Shown here: positions 48,456-60,400 of the stretch, in pieces
How the letters are laid out: each line of letters begins with the position of its first letter
Position numbering within the stretch: position 1 is the stretch's first letter
Assembly: GCF_964194025.1 (NCBI RefSeq)
Contig: NC_134479.1
Location: 38,874,001 to 38,938,000, forward strand
Length of the DNA: 64,000 bases
Direction: 5' to 3'
DNA from: Convolutriloba macropyga
Lineage: Eukaryota
Notes under the pieces: generated by a model
Databases searched by the model: none
Told to the model about the DNA's origin: nothing
Seen by the model: only the letters and a program-made list of their open reading frames with translations
Made by a program: the position numbers and the translations under genes

Positions 48456-51400
48456 ATGGACGAAACCCCCAAGTACACAGACTTAGACGCAGAACCTTCT
48501 AGAAAGTACACGAATCTTGACTCGTTCCAAGGACCCGCGGCTGCCCCTTCCGCGGCACCCTCATTAGCCCCGACAAACCCAGCTGGCTACCCAAGCATGG
48601 ATCCCAACAGTCCTCAGGCAGGCTCAGCTTATAATGGCTACTATCAGCAGTCGCCAGGGGGTTCCAATGGGTACTATAACGGGATGATGCCTGGACAACC
48701 GCAGCCAAGGTTCGGAACAGGTGTTTTTATGGAACTTTTTTTAGCTGTCTTTTATTGTAACGATCATTCGCATAGAATCTGCATATCCATGAAAAGTTTC
48801 TTCATCCCCATAGTATGTGACTTTGGATTTGATAATCTTTCAATAAAATATAAATTAGTTAGTTGTTAAAATCAGATAAAGCTTAGTGTATAATTATATG
48901 GAGATTATGCACATTTCCTTCGTGGTTTTTGTGAAATGTTAATTTTTGTATGTAAAATTGATGGAATCTGGGGAAAGAGTTTTGATAATAATGTAATATT
49001 TGGTTGTCTAAGCTGTGATTGGGTTTCTGTTCAAGGTATCCAATGGGTCCGCAGGCAGCATACGGATACCCTGCACCTTCTGTTGATCAGCAAAATCCTG
49101 CCGGTTACGTGCAACAACCCCCACATCCTCAGCAGCCCAGTTACCCAATGACGTCACAACAGGGACCCGTGAATCCTCAGTACTTGGCACAGCTTCACAG
49201 TGAGATAGAATACTACAAAGCAGAAGTTGCTAGGATGTATGTGATGCCGCCCTCCACAGATTTAGCGGCAAAGATCCGTGATTTCCAGACTCGGATATCG
49301 TATCTCGAGGGTAAAAAGGAATACCTTGCGATGGGTTCCCAGCCTGGCCAGGTTGCCCCTGGTTATCCTCAATCACCAGCACGTTACCCGAATCCTTCAG
49401 ATCCAAATTACATGCGAATGGGTTACCCAAGAACGCCGGTTGGATATCCGAATCGTCCTGCTATGCCACAACAAGTACCACAGACACCTCCAGGTGGGCA
49501 TTACTATCAGAACCCTAATCAACCTGCCGGGTATAATGTATACGATAACAAGCAGCAACCAGGTGGTGCCCAAACTATGGGATATCCTTACTACGCACAA
49601 AACTATCAAATGGATCCCAATCAAGTTCAAGGAACTCCGGGATCTCATAACGGGTACCCTCAAGCTCCCCAGTACCCTGCTCAGCATCCGAGTGCAAGCG
49701 CGGGAGGGTACCAAATGCCGCAACCACAATCAGGATACCAACCTCAAACTCAACACAGTGCAATGAATCAAGCGTCCCAGCAACCTCACACTCCACAGCA
49801 ACAGCAAATAGTCAGACCTCAATCTAGTGTAGCGCTTCCGGTCTCACAGGTTCAGCCCCCACAACCAGTAGTTCAGACTCCAGTTCGACCAGCCTTTAGC
49901 ACTCCGTCATCAGTAGCTCCCAGAGCCTCCCCTGATCAGATCCAAAGTATAAGACCGGCATCTCCAAGAAGCGCGTCGAATAGCAAACTTGAATCGCCAA
50001 AACAACCAGTAGCAAAAAGCAGTGATTTAGATGTTACTCAAGTTAACTCAAGTATTGACGCTGCTCTAGATAATGCGAAACCTATAACTTATTCACCACA
50101 AGCTACATCCTTAGTTTCCAGTTTTGTACAAAGCGCTTTCAAATCAAAAGACGAAAATAGCCCTGATTCGGGTGTAACAGGCGCTACAGCTAGTGTAGCC
50201 ACCTCCGTTCAACATAATGAACAGACGTTGCAGCCTCCCATGCCACCGATTGTTGACAACAAACAAATGGTCAACGTTCATGGGAATTCTAACCCGCTAC
50301 CTCCGATATCGGTATATCAACCTGTAGTTTCTAGTCAACTAAGTTCACCGTCTCCACAACAATCGTCAACAGCTCGAGAACAATTGTCACCTATCGCCAG
50401 GAAAGAGGAGGTTCCAGTACCGCAAGCGCCCAGTTTTGAACCCTGTGAAAGTTTGATTCAGAAGCACGTAACAGCAACCTCAGAAATGCACCCCGCTAGT
50501 GCTGAAAGTCAGTCAAAATTGGGTTTCGAAATGCCATCGACATCCGTAACCTCTCCTAAGCTTCAGCAACAAGAAAGTGCAAGTCCTTCAGGCAGTTCAG
50601 TTGACAATGCTTCGCAACCGAGTGAAAGCGAAGATGAACCAAAAGTGTTCTCAACGTTGACGTCGCATTCCATTACCAGCAAATCCGAGAAAACGGAAAT
50701 GGCGTTACCATCTTTCAGTCAGCAATCTGCAGTACCAACTAGTGGTCCAGCGCATTACGCACCGATGCAAGGACCCCAACCTTATCCTGTCCGCCCTCAT
50801 GCTATTCCGCCGCCAGGTATGTCATCAATTCGTCCAGGGATGCACCCACAGCCCATGCCAGTTCCAGGGCATCATATGCCGGGGCAGTACAGACCCGAAT
50901 ATCCGATGAACCCAGGCCAGAACCCTTACATGCAGCCAATTCCTCCGGGCACTCAACATATGCCGCCGACTACTGGGCAGCCTGGCATGTATCCTCAAAT
51001 GCACTGGGGTATGCCAGGTGGAGCTCCAGCGGGGATGCAACCAATGAATGGCGCACCCGCACCGTTGCCGCAACAGGCACAGTGGCCAGCACAGCATGCA
51101 ACTCCACCGGGATACCCGCCTTTGGCGCCAGCTGGTCCACTGCCGCCACCGCGTCATCAAACACCCTCGCCTCGAGGGGGTAAAAAATCCGCAAACGGTA
51201 AAAACAGTTCTTCAGCCGAAGGCAAACGTGTGAAGAAACGCCGTAAAGACACAGAAAAGGCCATTCCCGATTCGACAACGTCGGAACTCGGAGAACCAGT
51301 TAGCAGTTCTAATGAAATTCTATCGTGCAATGAATTTAACGCCTCTAACGTTGACAGCCCTGCGGAAGAGCCATCGAGTTCTCAATGTGACAGTGCTGTT

Positions 51401-54400
51401 CCGACTACCAAGAGAGGCAAAAAGCGAGGCGAAAGTCCCAAGAAACCGAGAAGAGTGGGTAAAAAGGCCAAAGATAAAGATCACAACGAAGCAGAGGGAA
51501 TTGATGTGAGTAGCGTTGAGTTAGCCTCACTTGAAATGATCGCAACGTCGGTAGATACCTCAACTAACAATAGCAATGCAGAAACTACAGTAGAATTGCC
51601 AAGTCCCTCTGATGTTTCTCAGTCAGTTAAAAAACCGAGAAGACTTACTACAAAGATTGGCAATAGCAAGAAGAAGCGAAAGAGGTTCAACTCGAGTGAT
51701 GACGAAATTATGTTACCTCCTGAGGAGTTGAATCTACCCCCGGAAGAATTTATGGAAAAGCGGAGATCCGAAAGAAGTAGCGGTTAGTTTCCGGTTCAGT
51801 TTTTAGGAAATCTCAGCGTAAACCTTAGTCAATAAACACTTGCATATACGCGTGCAACGGTTCTGAATCTGAACTAATTTTTTGCTACATCAATAAGTTA
51901 CTCAGCAATCGGTGTATCTTTTGATAAATGACATGAACTTATGAATGATTCTCAAAACAAAAAAAAATATTTCGTTTTAATAAATTAAAACTATTGCAAA
52001 GTTTTTATCTAAATTTTTTTTAGCATTGACCAGTTAATGACCAATATATTTTTTATAAAAATATTTTTGTAAGTGTTGCATTTTGATGAGGACTGTAAAT
52101 AGATTCCAATGCTCAACAATTTTTAGCCCGTGCAAGGAAGAATTACATTGCTGATGACTTGATCGACTACGCGCTGGGAGCGGGAAGTGATGATGATGAT
52201 GAGACGCTGCCTGCAGACATTCTAGAAAGTTCTATCAATAGTGCAATAATTGAGCAGTCAACCAACACAGCCTCAACTGAGGGTTAGTGATTTCAATATT
52301 TTTATTTACTCCATAAGGTATGTAACGATCAAGGGATAAGTAGACGGTTTCCATTTCTTCACTGTGAGATATTCGTAGAAACGTACATATATGTATTACG
52401 AGTTAATGCATTACTAAGCCATGTCTATGCCTTGAAATGAAAATTTTCGAGGTGTGGTAGGTTCTATCAGAATTATCTAAAGATGTTCTCAGCCACATGA
52501 TAGCGGATAGCTGTGCTTATGAAAATAGGCATGCTTGAACAAAAATTGAAAATTGACCAAGAGAATGGAGAAATTTAAAATTTTATTTTAATTTACATTC
52601 TAGGATCAGCAGCTGACCTTGTAGAATCAAGCAGCTGCTCAACTGTGGCTGGAACCGAAGACAGTTCCAGTCAGGGTACCTCGGCAGGAACTAGTTCCAA
52701 CTTCATGTCACCCAGCTCTGCGTCTAAGAGCAAACAACAAGCGGAAGCTCAATTGTTGATTCCGGCTCAGGTGGAAACTGACACTTGTGTGGTGGAAAAG
52801 ATTTTGATCTCTCGAGTTAGGACAATCACAAAAGAACAGAACGTGAGTATTTTCCATGTTTCATTAATTGGCTATATATGATAATTTTTAATATTAGAAG
52901 CTTCTTAAGTTCGAGCTTGTTTTTGATTGCTATAGACAATTTTTACAGCTGAATTTTTGTGTTCTGCTTTAGTCACCGGCTGAAGCAGTGAAAGTGAAAA
53001 CTGACCTGCCAGTTGAACGAAGTGCACCTAGCAGTACAGATAAAGCTGAACCAACAATGGATTTGCCAAAAGATGAAACGAAATCAGATCAAGTAGCCAC
53101 TGAAGAGAAACCAGAAACGACAGTCACGACTGAGACGTCGCCAACAATTACGTCATTGAACGAACCGTTGTGCAAGACCTCATCAACTGAAGAACCAACA
53201 ACGACGGAAGCACTCACATCGTCTGCAGACAATCAAGAACCTACCGAGACCTCAAAGGATACTTCGGAAAACAGTTCTGCGAAACAATCAGCTCAACTTG
53301 CAATCGAGATGCCGAGTCCAACATCAAAATCAACTATTACCACACTTGGAAGTCCAACAAAATCGGAGAAAGGTTCTCACAAATCGTCGTCTCATACAAG
53401 TCCACCCATAATAGTCACAGAATATTTTGTGAAATTTAAAGGACTCTCGCATTTGCATTGTGAATGGGCAACTGAAGAAGCATTGACTATGAAAGATAAA
53501 AGATTTCCCCTCAAGCTGAAGAGATTCAAGCTGGTAAGTGTGCCAAATGTTCATGAATAGCTGTGGTAATGGTAGCTGATCCAAGCTGTTACAGGGTTGA
53601 TCTTATTTTATATCCGCGTCAGCTATTCGGCATATGATTACGCATTTTTGTGACTTCGCCTATTGATATCGCGACTTGGCAAAATTTTTCTTGAAAATGT
53701 TTTGAGTGTCTCGGGCAAATTTCTCCTATGATTCTGATCAAATATCATTTAAAGAGCAAGTGCTCAGCGAAGTGATATTATTAATGTAATAGCAGTTAAA
53801 GCCGCAAATGAATTCGAAGACCAAATACCCGTAAGGACCGGTCATTAACGCTCATTACTTAGATTAGCTTAATTCGTTAGCTACGAAATGACATCCGAAT
53901 GTTGTTGACGTTCAAAACGGTATTTGGCAACTTCTTCCTGGTGTTGAATACTATCTACTCTGTATTTTGCTTGTCCACCATTAACTGTGACTTAGAAATC
54001 AATAATTTTGTAGATTTTATGATTAGGTTTTGTTTTTGACGAAATTTCTTTAATGTTGGATGTAAAAAAGAAAAGTGTCGAGTGCATACTGGAGCACCGT
54101 ACAATCTTCATCTACAATCTTTGCTAAATTGTTAATGTAAATGTTAAATAACAGAGGACCTAAATAGTACCTTGTGGAATCCTCATTTCAATGTTATCCA
54201 ATCTGATTGAATTCCGATTAGGAAATCCTTTTGCGTTCTTTTACTCAAATAATTCTCAAATATTAAATTGGTAGCATGTACGTCAAAACCTGTATTTGCA
54301 AGTCTTAGTGAAAAGATTTCGTCGTTTATACGTTGGTTTATAAAATTTCCGGTTGGTTTCATCAAATATTTTGGTAAGAAAAAATTGCAGATGTTAAACA

Positions 54401-57400
54401 ATTAATCTATCGGACAATCAAAGAATTCTAGATGCAGGCGAAAAATTCAATTTTAACTGTATCCGTTGTATCTGTTCTTTGTAAATCTGAATTTGATTGA
54501 ACTGGTTCTTTTATGGTTGATCTTGAACAATTTTTTTTGGCAATTATTGTGGTTTTTCCGCATTCCGGCATAGGTTTTCGGTCTTAGTTGCTGAAATGAG
54601 AGGAAAGTTTTGTCTGCAGTTTCTTAATATCTTGAATTGTAATGTAATTCAGCGGACTTGATTTGGTGCTATTTTTCGACTTCGTTGCACGCGTGACGTC
54701 AACTTATTGGAGCAATTTTCTTGCTAATTCGGTTAAATAATTGCTTGTCACTGGCTTGCCTCTCTCAAATTGAATTTCGCTCTCCAACAAAGTGAATTTT
54801 GTTTAATAGCCGCGTAGCGATAGCGGCTATAATTGGGACATCGTGGTTTTTTTTAATTCGTCGTCTCCGTCGATGGTTCTTGCGACCTGACTTCTTGCAA
54901 TTGACTTTTTCATTTTCAGTGATTTCTACTGCTTTGCATTTAAAATTTGTGTGCATGACGTCATTTGTTCTGCTTTTAGGTCAATTGCGTGACTTACCTC
55001 ACTCAAAAAATGACTTCTGAACTGGCCTTATGAACTTTAAATTTTTTGATAGTTTACTAGTTAAATGTCAATAGTGTGCATCTAAGTAGTGCCAAACGTA
55101 TATGCCTCAGTTCTTGGGTATTATTTTTGATTTTGATTATGAATTTCGAAAAAGCTCCTTTAGGACTTTTTCCATATAGAACGTATGTGTCTCATAAAAA
55201 CATTTCGAATCTAACCAAGTGGTCTATTAAAGGTCTGGTGTTCAATCTGTCTATCTTATTTTTTTAGTTGAACTCTTTTTTGAACATTTTATGAAAAGTT
55301 TTGATGAACATTTACTTGTTAAAGGTCAATAGTGTGCATCTAAGTAGTGCCAAACATGTATGCCCTAATTCTTGATTATTAGAGTCTTGAGTTTTTGATT
55401 TCGAATATTAATTTTGGGATCTTCTCCGTTTGTGCCCTCAATACGTTATGCGCCTCCCAGTTACAGAGCACGTGCCATTACATAGTAAGTCATTATGTAA
55501 AAACTATTGCACGTGCATAATAATATGCGCCCACTAAGCTGAGGGGGCACAAACGGAAAAGATCCTAATTTTGAAAAAACTTTTAGGGCTTTCTCCTTAT
55601 AGAGCTTATGTGTCTCATAAAAATGACAGTCCACAGCTAACCCAAAAAGTCTAGTAGTCTATTAAAGGACTGGTGATCGATCTGTCTATCTAATCTCTTT
55701 AGTTGTTTCAATTCATGGAAGGCCCCAAGCGTCTATCGCGGCTATTTTCCGGCAATCTGCCGGCTATGTTATTGAGTGGTAACTATTTTTCTATTTTAAG
55801 CTCGGTTTTTCAGAATATTTTGTCTTTGGTTTGTTTCATCCTGAATTTTGAATGAGCAAGGCGCTTTTGAAGTAATGGTTGTTGATGTAAATTTTTCGCT
55901 TAACCGATTTAAATGCTTGTATGCTTTTTGTACGGTCACCATTTGTTAATTAATAGATCAAAGCGATAATAGAGACAATTATTGGTTTCATTGTTTGATC
56001 ACACTTCATAAACTCATAGTCTGGCTTCTGAATTTATTTGACGTCATTTGTTACTGCTTTGTGTATATAAGGTCTCGTGTTTTTTGAGGATGCTTGAGTT
56101 ACTTCATTGAGTAAATTGACTGCTTGAAAGCATGACTATTGCGTTCACTTATAAAATCGAAATCGAGAATGAAACTGCTAGATCATTTCAAGGCTATTTC
56201 ACTTGTAAGGCATTTTGATTATTTTCAGATTTATTTAATTTTGTTGTCAATTTGGTTATTTTAAAGGTTGATCTCAGTTTATATGGCTATAACGTTGTGT
56301 GAAATGTCTTTTTTATGATCATGTATTTGGTTTTTTTGTGTTGTTTATGCCAACTTTTGCACTAGAGTCAACGCAGTTTTGATAATTTTTCCTAACTTTT
56401 AGAAATTGTCCTTTTTCCGTTTTTTTTCAATTCTTTAGGCCAAAGAAACCTTTTAATATTTGTTCAAGATTTAAAATTTTTAAGTTTTTTTCGTGTTTTT
56501 TTTTCACTTTAAGTGAGCAAGAAAACATTTTTCAGGCTGAAAGTGTGGTTGGTGATTAATTGTTTGATGACCCAGATAGAATTTTGAACATGTTTGAAAA
56601 TTCAAGTTCTTTTAGTGTAAGGTGACAACTTATTTTAAAACTTTTTAACTCAGATCTGTGGTAATGAATAGATGTCGGCTTTACGGAAGTTATTTTGAAA
56701 GTATTTTCTAAGATTTTAAGCACCTTTTTGTAGTTCTGCATTTTTCCTGTCCTTTTTTATAGCTGCGAAGCTGTAAGCTGAGCGGAGCTATATTGCTGTG
56801 CTCTTGGTTTTTTTTACATATCAAAGAATTTGAATTGTATTGGGGCGCTGTCTTTTCAAGATCTGTTCACACATTTTCATGATTTCTGAAGTCAAATCGA
56901 AGTAGTGATTTTGGTCGCGCCGAAACAGGAAGTGGAGCGAAAAAGTGAGTGATTTTGCGGCATGAATTTTTTGCTCTATTTTTAAAGTAGAGTGAGAATA
57001 CGGTGTTTGAACAAAAATTCGCTTTCTCGGTAGTGTTTTTTGTTCACATGCGGCAATTTCACTGATTTTTACTGTTTTTTCGATGTTTTGGATCGGATTT
57101 TTTTCTAAAGCGTTTCCACTATCCGTTGATAGCTCATTCCAGGCCTAGTTTTTTGTTTGAACCAAATTTCCATTTCTCGCTAATGGTTTTTTGTACACAT
57201 GCTGCATTTTTACATTGATTTTCTGCTTTTTTAAAAATTTTTGATCTGATTTTGTAGAAATGGTTTTTCCAAGTCACTCATAGTCCTTTCTAGGTCTAGT
57301 TTTTTGTTTAGTCAATGAAAATTCTTTGAATTGTACGTCAGGACTTGTCCTGCTATGTTTTTGTTTCGTCGTCTGACGCTCTTTTTCGTTTTACATTTGT

Positions 57401-60400
57401 TCATACATCAAAGCTGAAAAAGTCAAATTTTTTGAATGAGTTTTTCCTCTCACTAACAGCGTTTGCGCGCGTGACGTCATTTCTCACTCGCTTTAGCGAA
57501 AGTTTTTGGGTTATTTGCGTTATTAGATTTTGATCATACGTGACTTACCTCACTCAATAAGATGAATTTTGCACTTTAAAGCTTAAGTTTAATTTGAATT
57601 AGTTTAGGCTTCTAATAATAGGCTTCTGTGGAATGTATTTCAACAAGCTTTATTAATTTATCGCTGAATGTTTTTTACATAGCTTTTTGAACGGCGTCGA
57701 CGTCGATTTTTTTTTTCAATTTAGATCTGTATCTGTTTCTATCTGTATTATACAGCACGCAAGTCTATTCTTTCGCAGCGATTCCGGCAATCTGCCGGCT
57801 ATGTTAGCTCATGCTTATGTTTTCGCTTATGCTTGTCGTTTGTGTCCGAAAAGATATTCGTGAATTGCCCATTTTGTGTTTTGTTTTTTTTTCGACTATT
57901 TGTGTTTTAGTTATTCGTTTTCTTTACCTTAACAACCGGTGAATTTACAGTTCAAATTCTGTTTTGATAATTCTGAAACTATGTAAAAATAGTTTTCTGT
58001 TTGTCAATTTTTTTCTGTTTGTCAATTTTATGTTTGTCATTTTTTTCTGTTTGGTTTAATCACTGGTAAACATGCTCGATTTTTGAAGCTGGTCAAAAGT
58101 TAGATTTCAAGCAAAAGTTATCCAGTGCTTGCCTTGTTATTTCGGAGTTGCTCTTGATTAGTTAGCTCAAGCCAAAATTAGGTTAGTTTCGATTTTTAGC
58201 CCCTCAATATAGGATTTGACTGAACGATTTTTTTATACTGACTTGACGCGTTTTAAGTAAGCAATATCCTTTTTTATCAGAAACAGCTGGAAAACAGTGG
58301 GTCTGGCAGAGTCGAAGATTGTACGGAGGAGGAACCGTTCAATCCAGACTTCACAGAAGTTGACCGAGTTCTCGATTGCATGCTGGCACCTCAAGAGGAT
58401 GGCGATTCAGTTGACAGCGTTACGGGACAGCCTAAGAGGCATTTCTTGGTGAAGTGGTGCTCGTTACCGTACGAGGAAAGTACGTGGGAGTTGGAGGAAG
58501 ACATAGATGTGCAGAAGATCCAACATTTCTTCAAGGTCAATGATCCCAAACAGGTATGTGTGATCTTGCTTGTCATTTGAAAAGCACGAGCAATTTTGAA
58601 AACAGAAACTTGAGATAATTGTTCGAGCTGTGTTCTTGACTGAATTGGCTCTTATGATGTGCGACAAGTTTGTCTTTGAGAACCACTTAGATTAGTAATA
58701 GGAGCAATTGGAGATGACGGCTTCCATTTTATTTTTGTAATTGTTTTATTTTGTTTTATTGCATTAATTTCTTGTTTAGATTGAGGTACAACGGCAAGCA
58801 TCTCGCAAAACGCGTCCGACATTCAAGGAGTGGAAGAAACTCGAAGAAATGCCAGTTTTCAAGAACAACAACGAGCTTCGAGACTACCAACTGGAGGGCA
58901 TTAATTGGCTGCTTTACTGCTACTATAAACATCAAAACTGTATCTTGGCAGACGAGATGGGATTGGGTAAAACTGTTCAATCAGCGACCTTTCTTGAAAT
59001 GGTCTTCAGAACTGGTATCCATGGTCCATTTTTGGTTATCGCTCCGCTTTCGACCATTTGTAACTGGCAGAGAGAGTTCGAAGGTTGGACAGATCAAAAT
59101 TGTATCGTCTATCATGGTTCACAAACTAGCAGAAATATGATTCAGCAGTATGAAATGTTCCACAAGGATCCCAAAACTGGTAACTTGAACAAGAAGAAAT
59201 ACAAATTTACGGCTTTGATTACTACTTATGAAGTACTGTTAGCTGATTGTATGGACATGTTTAAAGATATAGAGTGGCAGGTATGTATTATTGACGAAGC
59301 TCATCGACTGAAAAACAAGAAGTGCAAACTCATGGACGGTCTGAATATGTTGTACTTGGATCATATAGTTCTACTCACTGGAACCCCCTTGCAAAATAAC
59401 GTTGATGAACTCTTTTCCTTACTTAACTTCCTTGACCCGAATAAGTTCTGCAATAACCAGGAGTTCCTTAAAGAATTCGGGACATTGCAAAGTGAAGAAC
59501 AGGTGAACAAACTACAAGCAATTTTGAAACCTTTAATGTTAAGAAGGTTGAAAGAAGATGTAGAACGAAGTATTGCTCCTAAAGAAGAGACAATTATTGA
59601 GGTCGAATTGACAAACGTGCAGAAATCCTGGTACCGTGCAATAATTGAAAAGAACTTTTCTCACATAGCCAAAAGCACCTCGTCAGGTGCTAAAGCATTG
59701 CCAAATTTAATGAACACAATGATGGAACTTAGAAAATGTTGCAACCATCCATTTTTACTTAATGGCGTCGAAGAGCAAATTTTGCACGAGTTCGCGACCA
59801 ACCCGGAAGGTGTGGACAATCGATACCTAGACGCGTTGATTCAAAGTTGTGGTAAAATTGTCCTTATTGACAAATTACTTCCGAAACTGAAAGAGAGCAA
59901 CCACCGAGTTTTGATCTTCAGCCAAATGGTTAAATGTTTGGATATAATTGAAGATTACATAACTCAGAGGAATTACTCATTCGAAAGAATTGATGGAGGT
60001 GTTCGGGGGTTACAAAGGCAAGCTGCGATCGACAGATACAGCAAGCCTGGCTCTGACAAGTTTATATTCCTTTTGTGTACAAAAGCTGGTGGCTTAGGGA
60101 TCAATTTGACAGCAGCGGATACTGTTATTATTTATGATTCGGACTGGAATCCTCAAAATGATCTGCAAGCACAAGCTAGGTGTCACAGAATTGGACAGAG
60201 GAAACATGTTCAGGTGTACAGGTTGATCACAAGGTATGTTTTTGATAGGCTTCTCTTCCGATAGTCTAAACCTAATTGAGCACCCACATTTTTTTCAGAA
60301 ACACCTACGAGCGTGAAATGTTTGACCGAGCTAGTCAGAAATTGGGTCTGGACAAAGCAGTTCTTCAGACTATGAGTGGCAGAAAAGCTGCGATTGGGGC

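Noticed and set aside
49230-51509. Overlapping and antisense ORFs within CHD exon 2 (likewise within FOXRED1)
   Set aside because: Expected shadows of GC-richer coding sequence, with no domain features.
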